From: Octopus sinensis
Taxonomy: Eukaryota
Direction: 5' to 3'
DNA: 64,000 nucleotides
Assembly (NCBI RefSeq): GCF_006345805.1
Contig: NW_021832532.1
Coordinates: forward strand, 108,902-172,901
Shown here: in pieces, positions 1 to 12,627 of the stretch
How the letters are laid out: every line of letters starts with the position of its first letter
Position numbering within the stretch: the stretch's first letter is position 1
Program-made: the position numbers and the translations under genes
Notes under the pieces: generated by a model
The model's input: the letters and a program-made list of their open reading frames with translations, nothing else
Database searches by the model: none
Told to the model about the DNA's origin: nothing

Positions 1-197
1 CAATGTAAGACAAATATTAAACAAATCATTGCATGTACTTTAAGGCAACTAGGACTGTGGTTGATTGTGCCTTGAAAGCAAGTTAAAAAAGACTACTGAA
101 ATATTAATAATGATTAACAAGTAAATACACACATTATTAAACAAATAAATAAAAACAAATAATGAAACTTAAACATTTCATTTTCTTTTTCTTGTAG

Positions 198-314
198 AAT
201 TCAAAAGGAATTGAAGACTACATGAAAATTGATAAATATAAAGGTGTCATCACAGTAGTAAAAGCACTGGACTATGAAACAAGAAACTTTTTTGAATATA
301 CAGTACAAGTATCT
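198..314 (+). CDS. Cadherin-repeat gene, exon 1 in window
   Basis: ttcttgtAG acceptor and GTAAGT donor; 117 nt, phase 0/0; NSKGIEDYMKIDKYKGVITVVKALDYETRNFFEYTVQVS contains the cadherin LDYE motif. Confidence 0.92.
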
Positions 315-504
315 GTAAGTATTTAAACTTAAATTATCTTTTCGTGGGTTTCCATTCTTATTGAAATGAAATGGTAACAGTATAATATATATACACATTC
401 ATACACACATGTCACATCTGTAGTAAGTTCTTAAGTTTTCTATATTTATTTTATGGTTTTAAGTTGAAATTTTGTAGACCAGCCCACTCAACGGAATATT
501 GATT

Positions 505-640
505 TTAAGAAGGGCATCCAACCATAAAAACCATGCCAAAACAGCACACAGAAGCATAGCACAGGCTCCAGATTCACCAGCTCCAGTCAAACCGCCCAAC
601 CCATGCCAGCATGGTAAGAGGACATTGAACAATGTCTGTC
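505..640 (+). mobile_element. RTE-type 3' tail fragment (short non-autonomous repeat)
   Basis: agggcatcca...ccagtcaaaccgcccaacccatgccagcatgg matches copies at ~36480-36610 and ~48190-48330. Confidence 0.55.
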
Positions 641-994
641 TGGTCAAACAAATCAGTTCCTTTCTCTTTATTCTTTCTGCTTGCACCAAAAGTATATGAA
701 TTTCAATGAGAAGCTCAACTCTCACATATTTTCAAAGAAAATAATTTTGCAGTTTCTTTAGCAACAAATAGTTTGGACATGCTTTGCTAATGGCAGCAAA
801 GATATCAAGAAAAAGGGAAATATGAACTCACTTCCATACATTCACACAAACACATACTTATACATCATCATCATTTAATGTTCATTTTATTTGCTGGTAT
901 AGGCTGGACAGTTTGACAGTAAGTTCCAATGTCAACTTTGGCATAATTTCTATGGCTGGATACCCTTCCTAGTGTCAGTCACTTTACAGTGTGT

Positions 995-1397
995 ATTACT
1001 CTTTTACTCTTTTACTTGTTTCAGTCATTTGACTGCGGCCATGCTGGAGCACCGACTTTAGTCGAGCAAATCGACCCCGGGACTTATTCTTTGTAAGCCC
1101 AGTACTTATTCTATCGGTCTTTTGCCAAACCGCTAAGTGACGGGGACGTAAACACACCAGCATCGGTTGTCAAGCAATGCTAGGGGGACAAACTTAGACA
1201 CAAAAACACACACACACATACATATATATGTTTATATATATATATACGACAGGCTTCTTTCAGTTTCTGTCTACCAAATCCACTCACAAGCATTGGTCGG
1301 CCCGGGGCTATAGCAGAAGACACTTGCCCAAGATGCCACGCAGTGGGACTGAACACGGAACCATGTGCTTGGTTAGCAAGCTACTTACCACACAGCC
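995..1397 (-). mobile_element. tRNA-derived SINE (family with ggctgtgtggtaagtagc head)
   Basis: tRNA-like head with box-B-like gttcagtccc; internal (CA/TA) microsatellite; (AGTAAAAG)n tail; related copies at 18830, 33242 and 40480. Confidence 0.75.
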
Positions 1398-1914
1398 TTT
1401 TATGGCACAACCAATGGTGAAGTTGCCAAGTTACTTGCAAGACAAAAAAGAAAACAAAGAAAATGTCCCCTCGACTGAGTGGACATGTATTTGAGAAATG
1501 AGGTGACTTTATGGCTGGTATTGGAGACAGAAGTATGATAGAGTGACAAGCAGAGGTATTTTGCTATAGAGGAGATACATGGCTACCCTATATCACATGA
1601 GGGTGAGTGATAGTAGGTGGGAGATAAGGATGGTGGGGATGAGTACCAGAGTGTACTCTCAAAATATAAGAAGGTAAATATGAAGGAGAAAATAGGTAGT
1701 AGATCAGGAGGGAAGAGGACCAGAAGGGTAATTTCATAAGAGTATGAGAGAATATTGATAGGTAGAGATGGAGCTGGAATTAGCTGTAGTGAGTGATGAA
1801 CAAGGGTGGAGGTGTAGCTGATAGTAAATATCAGTATTGAAGTGGGAGAGTGAGAGAAATAGAAGTGGCTCAGAAAGGAAGAGTGATAAGCAGCAGCATA
1901 GGAGGTGTGGAGAG

Positions 1915-3170
1915 TATCATCATCATCATCATCATCATCGTTTAACGTCCGTTTTCCATGCTAGCATGGGTTGGATGGATCAAATGGGGTCTGGGAAAGC
2001 CAGAAGGCTGCGCCAGGCCCAGTCTGATCTGGCAGTGTTTCTACGGCTGGATGCTCTTCTTAACGCCAACACTCTGTGAGTGTAGTAGGTGCTTTACATG
2101 CCACCTGCACAGGTGCAAGACGAGGCTGGCAAACGGCCATGATCAGATGGTGCATTTTATGTGCCACCGGCACGGAGGCCAGTCGGGGCAGTGCTGGCAA
2201 CGGCCACGTTCGGATCACAGCTGCAATTTCCATTGATGTTTATTGATTTTGATTTTGATTTTGATTTTCCTTTTCACTTGCCTCTACAGGTCTTCACAAG
2301 TAGGGATTGTGTCACAAGAAGGAAAGGTATACATAAGTGGGTTGGCTACGTCCCAGGTAGCCATGGGTTATGGTCTCACTTGTCCTGCCAGGTCTTCCCC
2401 CACACAGCATACTTCCAAAGGTCTCGGTCTCTGGTCATTTCTTCGGTGAGACCTAATGTTCGAAGGTCGGCTTCACCACCTCATCCCAGGTTTTCTTGGG
2501 TCTACCTCTTCCACAGGTTCCCTTAACCACTAGGATGTGGCACTTTTTCACACAACTATCTTCATCCATTCTCACTACATGACCATACCAGCGCAAACGT
2601 CTCTCTTACACACCACAACTGATGCTTCTTATGTCCAACTTTTCTCTCAAGGTATTTATACTCTGTCGAGTATGAACACTGACATTACACATCCATCGGA
2701 GCATACTGGCTTCATTTCTTGCGAGCTTACACATGTCCTCAGCAGTTACAGCCCAAGTTTCACTGCCATGTAGCATGGCTGTTCATACACATGCGTCATA
2801 CAGTCTGCCTTTTATTCTGAGCGAGAGGCCTTTTGTCACCAGCAGAGGTAAGAGCTCTCTGAACTTTGCCCAGGCTATTCTTACTCTAGCAGTTACACTT
2901 TCAGCACACCCACCCCCGCTACTGACTTAGTCACCTAGGTAACGGAAGCTATCAACTATTTCTAGTTTTTCTCCCTGAAACGTGATAGAAGTTGGTCTCA
3001 GAGCATTTTCAGTGTTTATTGCTCCTGAGCATCTACCACATACAAAGACTATCTTCCTAGTTAGCCTTCCTTTGACATTGCTGCACCTCTTATGTGTCCA
3101 TAGCTTACATTTGGTGCATCTTATAGAGTTTCTACCTATGCCTTTTCTACAGATCGAGTAGGCCATCTAC
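1915..3170 (-). mobile_element. RTE-clade LINE, 3' portion, degraded
   Basis: (GAT)n tail at 1915-1940; ORF 2927-3166 has a Cys/His finger followed by GEKLEIVDSFRYLGD. Confidence 0.75.
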
Positions 3171-3219
3171 CTGAAGCATTTTAAGCATTTCAGCAGTAAT
3201 TCTTAGAAAAAGTAATCTT

Positions 3220-3560
3220 TGTATATGGAAGATGCACTGGGAACACAAATGCTAAGGGCACACAGGAAACAGATTTTCTCAAATGCCAAGGAGGTTCTCT
3301 AGAGACAAAGATAATCTCTGCTATCTTGGTGGCTAAACTAGCAGTGAAGCAAGATATTTTGAATGTTTAATTATTAGAATAAGAATAGGACAGAGAATGT
3401 TCAGAGGACTATTAACTACCAGAGTGAAAGTCAGATTGTATGATGCTTGGGCATGAAATGCAATGCTATTTGGTATGAGATGTGGGCACTGAACACAGAA
3501 GACATGTGAAGACTGGAGAAGAATGGAGGGAATATGCTCTCTTGGATCTACATCAATGTA
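3220..3560 (+). mobile_element. RTE fragment, opposite orientation to the neighbouring copy
   Basis: Similar to the RTE at 34900-35250 (gatgcttggg/catgaaatgc...gaagacatgtgaagactggagaag). Confidence 0.55.
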
Positions 3561-3729
3561 GATATCTTTTTTCAACCCCACTCATATCTGTTATTGATGA
3601 CAGCCCCAACTCCCTAATCACTTCTGTCTTCCCACTCACTTTAGCCTCTAACCTCCATCTCTACGACTGTCACTTGCCTTCCATCCCCATCCAATTTCAA
3701 AATTTGCACAGCATCTTATTACTTCTGAT

Positions 3730-4071
3730 TTGTCCAGTGTGTGAGAGAGAATCGTGATGTGGTAGGGGAGAAATGTGTTCGCATGGATGATGGTTCACTT
3801 GCACTGAATGAGGATGCAAAGAGAGAGGTATGGAGACACCATTATGAGAAGCTGCTAAATAAGGAAAATAAATGGGATAAAGAGAGTCTGCCAAATGTCG
3901 CCCCAACAGAGGGACCAGCTATCCGAGTTGACAGTTCCTTAGTAGTTAAGGCAATTAGAAGCATGAAGACAGGGAAAGCCCCAGGCCCATCAGGTATTTC
4001 TGCAGAGATGCTTAAAATATCTGGTAGTGTCGGCTATAGCCTAGTCACCCGTATAGTTAACCAGTTTACAA
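3730..4071 (+). mobile_element. RTE ORF fragment upstream of the RT domain, truncated at ~4071
   Basis: REVWRHHYEKLLN...KAIRSMKTGKAPGPSGISAEMLK is a typical pre-RT segment. Confidence 0.8.
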
Positions 4072-4197
4072 AGGTAAAGGTGACGCACACTCCGTTGACT
4101 CAAACCTTGCTTCTATTGTGGCGAATTTACCGCCTCTGATTAGATACCTTTCATGGTCGCACCAAGACACTTTTCGAAGGTGCTTTCCGCCATGTTG
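4072..4197 (-). pseudogene. Host element E: C-terminal half of a split, degenerate L1/Tx1-like ORF1 fragment
   Basis: NMAESTFEKCLGATMKGI then (frameshift) IRGGKFATIEARFESTECASPL aligns to EKCLG...RGKKFGTVEVR in the ORF1s of units A and C. Confidence 0.75.
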
Positions 4198-7045
4198 TTT
4201 TATTATTACCCACAAGGGGCGAACATAGATGGGACAATACAATCTGATGATGGAGTCAGATACACGAATGGGTTTTACAACAAAGCGAATTTTAAAAATT
4301 TACAAAAAATTACAAAATATAAAAAATCGAATGGAGAACAGACCGGAAGACATTACGGATGGAGTGGGAGCGGGTTTAGCTCGGACCCCACGAGCCCCGC
4401 CTCCCCACTGATACTTTGGTTTCGTCTGGTTTTACATTTATGTGGTATCATCCATTCGCAACTTTCGTGCTAGATTTTTCCATCGTTCTTCATACACTCT
4501 CCTAGTCAGGCATATTCTCTCCAGCCCTATCTTCCTTTTCAGGTGAAAGATGAAATAATTCATCAACCAGGGCCGGAGATGAACTTGCCTGACTGTAAAC
4601 CTTTCATTCTCGTCTTCCATATCACCTCTTTCGCAATTGCTACTACAACGAGAAAACGAAACTTACCTTCCTTCACGAGGAAATCCGGTGGGTCAATTTT
4701 TGTAATCAACTCAGTCGACAGCTGTACTCTTCGTGTACTTGACAACAGCTGTTCGGCATAAACCCACACCTCAGACACGTCCGGACAATGAACAATAGCG
4801 TGCGGGACGGTTTCCCTATCCCGCCCGCATCTTGGACATATCGGGCTGTCTTGGCCACCGTGCCTTGCGAGTTTATCCCGAACAGGTAGAGCTCATCTGT
4901 ATTATTGCCATGCCAGAGACTTCTGGAAGTTGTCCAGTGTCTTCGGCTTGAACGTACATCGGAACAGACTGGCCAGCTGATTATCGTCGAGACCTAGGGT
5001 TTCCCCCAAGGTATCTTCACATTCCGCCTCTACCAAACCTCTATAGAAGAATGTGGTGGAACCCCCACCGCAGGCGTTGCCCGAGCGACGGAATAGCAGG
5101 AGAACCTTGCGACACTCCGTGTACCAAGTACCAAGTTTCGATCTACGATTCAGCCAGGTTTCCCATCCACCGAAACTAGTGAACTTGGGAAACATCAGTT
5201 TTGCTAGCGGAGACCTCACCGTTCACCATCCAGGTAGAGCCACAGATGTCTTAACCTCAGCGTATGTCTGCGCATCATCAGCCAAGGCATCCCTAGCCCA
5301 CCCTTTAACGGTTGTTGACAGCAAGTAGAGTGTTTCACAAGTGGTTTCCCGCCCTTCCACAAGAAGTAGAAGAGCTGTCTTTCCAACTTGATCAACCACG
5401 AATCAGGGCAAGGAACGACGGAAAGGCGGTAGGTGATAACCGATGCGATAAACACATAAGCCACCTCCTGTCACCGTCTCGTAAACCTCTATGGCCTTGC
5501 CTACTTTACGTAGGTGGTCCATTTCGGTTACAATGATGGTGATGTCATCCGCGTACGCTGACACCGATTTTCCACTACCTGGCTGTCTCGGGATACCGCT
5601 CAGTTTTCGCAGTAATGGCTCAAGAGCCATCACATACAAAAGCGGAGAAAGCGGACACCCTTGACAAGCCGACCGCTTGAACGACAGGAAGCCGTTCACC
5701 CGAACTACCGAGTCGATGTTATCGTAAATTTGTATAATCCACCTGAAGAAGCCAAGGCTCAGCCCGAACTGTACCAGGGCAGATACCAGGTAACGATGGT
5801 CGACCCTATCAAATGCTTTAGATTGGTCTAAATGGACCAGTGCCCCACCCTTGCCAGAATCGCTATTAAACCCCTCTATAGTGTACCGCATAAGATGGAG
5901 ATTATCCTGAATGGTTCTGCCAGGAACAGCACATGTCTGTGCCTCCCCGATCAGACCATCCGCGACACGCGCCAATCTTTTCGATAACACTTTGGCCAAA
6001 ATCTTCAACTCTGTGTTTAGCAGAGTGATGGGCCTGAAATTATCAATGCACTCCCCCTTGCTCGGGTCCCTTCTGACGAGTGTCACTACTCCCCGGCGCA
6101 CAGATCTGGGTATAAGCCCGTTCTGTTGCCAGTTCGCATAGACCTCCGCCAGTAGGTGCCCGAACAAGTCTGGCATACTCTTATATAACTCATAGGGTAG
6201 ACCATCCAAACCCGGCGCCTTGCCCGCGTCGCAGTCCGCCATTGCCTCAACCACCTCCTCAGGCGTGTTTGGCCCTTGACAGCCCTCCGCATCTCGCCGC
6301 GATAAGCGCGGCAGCCCGTCGAGTAGGTCCGTAAAGGCCCCCCTCCTATCCAGTCCGCCGCACTCACCGAAAAGCTGAGCGAAGTGCTCCTGAAAGGCCT
6401 CACACATCTCCTCGGGCTCGTTTATCAACTCACCTTGTGGTTCGTCATAGATCGAATCGTGGCATCGTTCCCATGCTGAGCTTCCACCACTCGGGCCCGG
6501 TTTCTTTTTATTAGGACCAACACCCCACTCCCGCCAGTAGGACTGCCAGGAGACAAAAAACACTCGTAGCCGTCAAACAGCGGGAGTAGACCTCTTGGCC
6601 CCTCTAACCGGGTTTCTGTAGCAACAATAACATCTAAATTACGCGACCTGATATCATGCAGGAAGCGACTTTGCTTCCAGCTTGCTCCCAGGCCGTGCAC
6701 ATTCAAACAACCAACATAAATGTAATCCATTACTTACCTTTATATCAGTGGTTCGGTTTTTTCTTTTTATTCTTTGTTTATCTCTTTTTCTGGGACTCGT
6801 GGGGAGTCTGACGTAGGCCCTCGAATATATATGGAGATGTTAAATCCATTCTGAGCGGGCCTACGTCATGAAAGAATTCGGACTTTATCCGCCCGTAATC
6901 CTTCCGGCCTATTCTGTAAACTATATAGTCATTCATTTTTCCTATTTTTTCCACTTTGGCCATAGCTGCCAACACACAGTATAATATAACGGAGAAAATA
7001 TACACTAAGGAAAATTGTAATAACTCACTACACACGCGATTTGCG
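4197..7045 (-). mobile_element. Array unit D: internally deleted L1/Tx1-like element
   Basis: Near-identical to unit B in ORF2; most of ORF1 is missing; deletions in EN and RT; shared 3' tail at 4198-4244; 12-bp flanking repeat ttccgccatgtt (4185-4196 / 7046-7057). Confidence 0.9.
4438..6730 (-). pseudogene. Unit D ORF2 (APE-RT), disrupted
   Basis: MDYIYVGCLNVHGL start; KAPGLDG, LDQSKAFDRVDH, QGCPLSP and YADD motifs; ends RMDDTT*. Confidence 0.88.
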
Positions 7046-7057
7046 TTCCGCCATGTT

Positions 7058-8967
7058 ATTTTATTATTACCCACAAGGGGCCAACATAGAGGGGACAATA
7101 CAATCGGGAAAATGAATAATGAATTATGAAGTTTGTACAATGTGGTGTAATGCCCACTCGATCCCCGAAATCGAGCGGTTACATTTCGTCATTTGTTTTT
7201 TATTCGTCAACAATATCTTCCAAATAAAAACATTTTACACATTTTCAACATACATTTCAAAAATTTTACAAAGTTCAACATTTTTTTTTTTTTCAGAATT
7301 TAAAGTTCCTTTTATCATTTCCAATTAAAGTTTTCACAATACCTTTTCTTTTATATATACTCCATTATCTCTACCAAATCTTGGTAAATTTCCATCGTTC
7401 GTGGCCATCTTGTAAGTCGGCATTTCATATGTTTTGTCACGTTCTTGCCAGCTGCCTCGATGAACGCCTCAGCGTCGTTCTCGTGGACGAGTGCACCTGT
7501 TTCTTTCCATTCGGTGCCCATCCTGACCCACGTATACCCATTTGTTACGTTTATTAAATCTTCCATCTCCTCACAGTGCCTGTGATGGATCAACGTTCCA
7601 TAGTATTTGAATTTTCTATTCGTACCTACGTTTTCTCTAGTTTTTCTCTTAGGACTTACTTCCTCTTTTTTCTCCTCCCTCGGTTTCTCTCTTTTCTCTT
7701 TTTGCTTTCTCTTCTTTCTTTTTCCTTCTCTTGTCTTTTTGGCTCTTTGTCTGCCGTCTCTCTACCTGTGCCTTATGTTCCTTTCCTGTTGTTTCTTTTC
7801 CTTTTCGCATACCATCTTTTCCTTTCTCTTGGTTCTGTTCCTTCTCTTGTTCTTTTCCTGCTTTTTCTCTTTCCTTTAATGTACTTTCCTTTTCTTTCTC
7901 TTGCTTCTGCCTTGGCTCCTTCTCCACTACTTCTGCACCCTGTGAATTTTGCTCCTTTTCTACTCTCTTCTTCCCTTTGTTTTCATTTTCCTTCAGTGCG
8001 CTGTTACTTCCCTTCTCTTGTTGTTTCTCCGTTATTTCCTTTTCCTTGTTTTCGCTGTTCTTTCCTTCGTGTTCGTTTTCCTTCTCTCCACTTTGTGTCT
8101 CTTTTTGCTCCGCTGTGAATTCATACAGCGGACATTCCTTTTTTATGTGCCCTCTTGATCCGCACAGGTAGCAATTCGGTTTTCTGCCCTCCACTATTAC
8201 ACTAATTGTTTTCTCGTTTTCTATTTCTATTTGGAAGGGAAACCTTTCGATGTCTTCCATTGTGGCCATCAGCCACAACTCTACTCCGAATCCCTTCCAA
8301 TTTACAACGTTCGTCTCCATGATTGACCCTATTTCAACTTCCTCCTTGCTGCCCCAATAATGGCTGTTACCAGCATTTCTGTTTTAATATCTGGGGGCAC
8401 CTTTGGGACTCTTACCCGTACCCCTCGTCTTCCTTTATACGTCGCCACATAGTGAAATTTTCGGCTTTCAGGACAGTGGAAGCCAATGAGGCCGCCACTT
8501 CCTTTGTTGCGCATCTCACCTCCACCGTACCATATTTCTTTCCTCTGTCTACAAAAGTAGCTTTTTTCATGATGTCCCCCAGACATTTCTCTATTTCTTC
8601 AATCGTCACTCTCACCAGTTTTCTCGTGTTTCTATCTTGCGTTCTATACGTTATCGTCTTGTTATTTCTCTCCTCTATTGTTTCAACAGGCGGGACCAGC
8701 TTCACGCTGTCACCCTCCCTTTTGACGAAATTCTCGTATTCCTTCAATTGTTCTTTTCTAAAGAACACTTCTCTTATTCTAAGAGACTCGTCACTTTTTG
8801 TTGTGGCGACCCCCGCGTAAGTCTCCATGACTTGCGGGTCGACACACCTTCTATAAAAGGTTCAAACACGCAGCGGCAAACGCCTCGCGCGATTCAATTT
8901 TTTTGATAATTTTTAACAGTTTTTTTTTTCAAATTTTCACATACAAAATAACTCAAACACACGTGGA
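7058..8967 (-). mobile_element. Array unit C: ORF1-only (HAL1-like) non-autonomous retroelement
   Basis: 5' UTR, one gag-like ORF, short 3' UTR and shared tail (7059-7105); no EN or RT; 17-bp flanking repeat with 1 mismatch (7041-7057 / 8968-8984). Confidence 0.85.
7351..8828 (-). CDS. Unit C ORF1-like protein (RRM-like region, CCHC knuckle, K/E coil, C-terminal domain); frameshifted
   Basis: METYAGV start; CYLCGSRGHIKKEC fits CX2CX4HX4C; split over the 8412-8828, 7649-8320 and 7351-7593 ORFs. Confidence 0.8.
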
Positions 8968-9229
8968 TTGCGTTCCGCCAGGTTGTTTTATTATTACCCA
9001 CAAGGGGCGAACATAGATGGGACAATACAATCTGATGATGGGGTCAGACACACGAATGGGTTTTTACAATAAACGAATTAAAAAATTTTCATGAAATTAC
9101 AATAAATGGACAGAAATCGAATGATGTAACAGACCGGAAGACATTACGGGTGGAGTGGGTGCGGGTTTAGCTCGGACCCCACGAGCCCCGCCTCCCCACT
9201 GATACTTTTGGTTTCGCTTGGTCTTACAT

Positions 9230-12200
9230 TTATGTTGTATCATTCACTCGCAACTTTCGTGCTACATCTTCCCAACGTTCTTCATACACTCTCCTAGTCA
9301 GGCATATTCTCTCCAGCCCTATCTTCCTTTTCAGGTGAAAGATGAAATAATTCATCAAACCAGGGCCGGAGATGAACTTGCCTGACTGTAAACCTTTCAT
9401 TCTCGTCTTCCATATCACCTCTTTCGCAATTGCTACTACAACGAGAAAACGAAACTTACCTTCCTTCACGAGGAAATCCGGTGGGTCAATTTTTGTAATC
9501 GACTCAGTCGACAGCTGTACTCTTCGTGTACCTGACAACAGCTGTTCGGCATAAACCCACACCTCAGACACGTCCGGACAATGAACAATAGCGTGCAGGA
9601 CGGTTTCCCTATCCCGCCCGCATCTTGGATATATCGGACTGTCTTGGCCACCATGCCTTGCGAGTTTATCCCGAACAGGTAGAGCTCCTCTGTAGCATTG
9701 CCATGCCAGAGACTTCTGGATGTTGTCCAGTGTCCTCGGCTTGAACGTACGTCGGAACAGACTCGCCAGCTGATTATCGTCGAGACCTAGGGTTTCCCCC
9801 AAGGTATCTTCACATTCCGCCTCTACCAACCCTCTATAGAAGAATGTGGTGGAACCCCCACCGCAGGCGTTGCCCGAGCGACGGAATAGCAGGAGAGCCT
9901 TGCGACACTCCGTGTACCAAGTACCAAGTTTCGATCTACGATTCAGCCAGGTTTCCCATCCACCGAAACTAGTGAACTTGGGAAACATCAGTTTTGCTAG
10001 CGGAGACCTCACCCGTTCACCATCCAGGTAGAGCCACAGATGTCTTAACCTCAGCGCATGTCTGCGCATCATCAGCCAAGGCATCCCTAGCCCACCCTTT
10101 AACGGTTGTTGACAGCAAGTAGAGCGTTTCACAAGTGGTTTCCCGCCCTTCCACAAGAAGTAGAAGAGCTGTCTTTCCAACTTGATCAACCACGAATCAG
10201 GGCAAGGAACGACGGAAAGGCGGTAGGTGATAACCGATGCGATAAACACATTGGCCACCTCCGCCCTCCCTTTCAGGGACAGCCACCGCCAAGACCAGGT
10301 CTTGGTTTCTGCAGCCGCCTTGCTCGATACCTCGCCCCAATTCTTCTCTATTTGGAGGTCTGGACCGAACCAGATCCCTAGCAATTTAATCGGACCCTCC
10401 GTCCAACGTTCCACGACGCTGTCAGGAGGCATCGACTTGCCTCTCCAGGTGCCGAGTTGCAAGCCGACTGACTTTTCGCGATTAACTTTTGCTCCTGTCA
10501 CCGTCTCGTAAACCTCTATGGCCTTGCCTACTTTACATAGGTGGTCCATTTCGGTTACGATGATGGTGATGTCATCCGCGTACGCTGACACTGATTTTCC
10601 ATTACCTGGCTGTCTCGGGATACCGCTCAGTTTTCGCAGTAATGGCTCTAGAGCCATCACGTACAAAAGCGGGGAGAGCGGACACCCTTGACGAACCGAG
10701 CGTTTGATTTTGAACGGCTTCGAAAAGAAGCCGTTCACCCGAACTACCGAGTCGATGTTATCATAAATTTGGATAATCCACCTGAGGAAGCCAAGGCTCA
10801 GCCCGAACTGTGCCAGGGCAGATACCAGGTAACGATGGTCGACCCTATCAAAAGCTTTAGATTGGTCTAAATGGACCAGTGCCCCACCCTTGCCAGAATC
10901 ACTATTAAACCCATCTATAGTGTACCGCATAAGATGGAGATTATCCTGAATGGTTCTGCCAGGAACGGCACATGTCTGTGCCTCCCCGATCAGACCATCC
11001 GCGACACGCGCCAATCTTTTCGATAACACTTTGGCCAAAATCTTCAACTCTGTGTTTAGCAGAGTGATGGGCCTGAAATTATCAATGCACCCCCTTGCTC
11101 GGGTCCCTTCTGACGAGTGTCACTACTCCCCGGCGCACAGATCTGGGTATAAGCCCGTTCTGTTGCCAGTTCGCATAGACCTCCGCCAGTAGGTGCCCGA
11201 ACAAGTCTGGCATACTCTTATATAACTCATAGGGTAGACCATCCAAACCCGGCGCCTTGCCCGCGCCGCAGTACGCCATTGCCTCAACCACCTCCTCAGG
11301 CGTGATTGGCCCTTCACAGCCCTCCGCATCTCGCCCCGATAAGCGCGGCAGCCCGTCGAGTAGGTCCGTAAAGGCCCCCCTCCTATCCAGTCCGCCGCAC
11401 TCACCGAAAAGCTGAGCGAAGTGCTCCTGAAAGGCCTCACACATCTCCTCGGGTTCGTTCAGCGACTCACCTTGTTGGTTCGTCAAAGATCGAGTCGTGG
11501 CATCGTTACCATGCTGTGCTTCCACCACTCGGGCCCATCTCGCGGCGTTGATTCCTTCACATCCCATATGGCGGATTCTAGCCCTGACAATGCAGCCCAT
11601 GTGTTTGGCCTCGAGGCGCTGGTTTAACACCATTCTCTTGGACGCCACCTGAGCCGCAGAGCCAGTTTTCAAGGCTTCCTCTAATTCCTTAACTAGAGTA
11701 GTCCATTCCCTCTCTAGCTACCACTACTCCTATGCTATATCTAATTGACTCAAACTTGATGGCTCGTTTGAGGGCGTACCACCATTTGTTATTAATGATG
11801 GTACCAGATCGTGCCCTCTGAATTATGTCCTAATCCGGTCTTTGTACTCCTTAATCGCCAAAAGGGACGTATTAAGTTTCCAGTAACCGGATCCTCTATT
11901 TTTAACCTTATCTATGTCAAGCTTACAAGTGACCATTTTATGATCACTGTAGCTGATCGCGTAAAACTGTGGACACTTAGCTATTTTACTGTCTACTTTT
12001 CTAATTAGTATTCTATCTAAATATGACCTGGAAGATCCGTCGCTGTTTGACCATGTCCACAATGGAGCGTTCGGAAATTCCAGCCTATAAGGATCTGCTA
12101 GCTCAAAGCGGCTTAGCAGTTCCATGAAGCCACTGTTACCTTTTCTATCTGGACGCGAGCCAACACAATCTAAATCCGCTTTGCAAATTGTGTTAAAGTC

Positions 12201-12618
12201 TCCTAGCACAACTAATGAATGCGAAGTACCAAGAAAGTTTTCTAGTTCACGGAAATAATCACTTTGCCCTGTATGGTTGGTGCGTAAATTGCAACCAGTC
12301 TGATAACTTTACCATTACTGAACGTCAAATCCATGACGACCAGCCTGCCTTCTGGATCTGCAAAAATTAACTTTTTCTCAGAAACCCGGTTTCTTTTTAT
12401 TAGGACCAACATCCCACTTCCGCCAGTAGGACTGCCAGGAGAGAAAAAACTCTCGTAGCCGTCAAACAGCGGGAGCAGACCTCTTGGCCCCTCTAACCGG
12501 GTTCTGTAGCAACAATAACATCTAAATTATGCGACCTGATATCATGCAGGAAGCGATCTTGCTTCCAGCCTGCTCCCAGGCCGCGCACATTCAAACAACC
12601 AACATAAATGCAATCCAT
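9230..12618 (-). CDS. Unit B ORF2: AP endonuclease + reverse transcriptase + C-terminal zinc motif; frameshifted
   Basis: MDCIYVGCLNVRGL, GDFN, YLDRILI, SDH, YWKLN, KAPGLDG, RQGCPLSP, YADD, PRCGRDRETVLHAIVHC. Confidence 0.92.
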
Positions 12619-12627
12619 TACTTACCT

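Noticed and set aside
4060-4075. Array inserted into the + strand RTE at 4071
   Set aside because: No RTE continuation or TSD after 16004; the RTE simply abuts truncated host E.
7046-7058. AACATGGCGG as a YY1 promoter site like human L1
   Set aside because: The same sequence is in-frame coding sequence of host E and is better explained as duplicated target; a secondary promoter role is not excluded.
7576-8171. Long Phe/Leu/Ser-rich + strand ORFs (also 14665-15045)
   Set aside because: Antisense shadows of the K/E-rich ORF1 coil.
8976-8984. ACCTGGCG resembling the U1 snRNA 5' end, suggesting a U1-targeting element
   Set aside because: Only ~8 nt match and no other U1 sequence is present; the oldest junction reads AACATGGC and belongs to the host ORF1. 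A genome-wide flank search could still test this.
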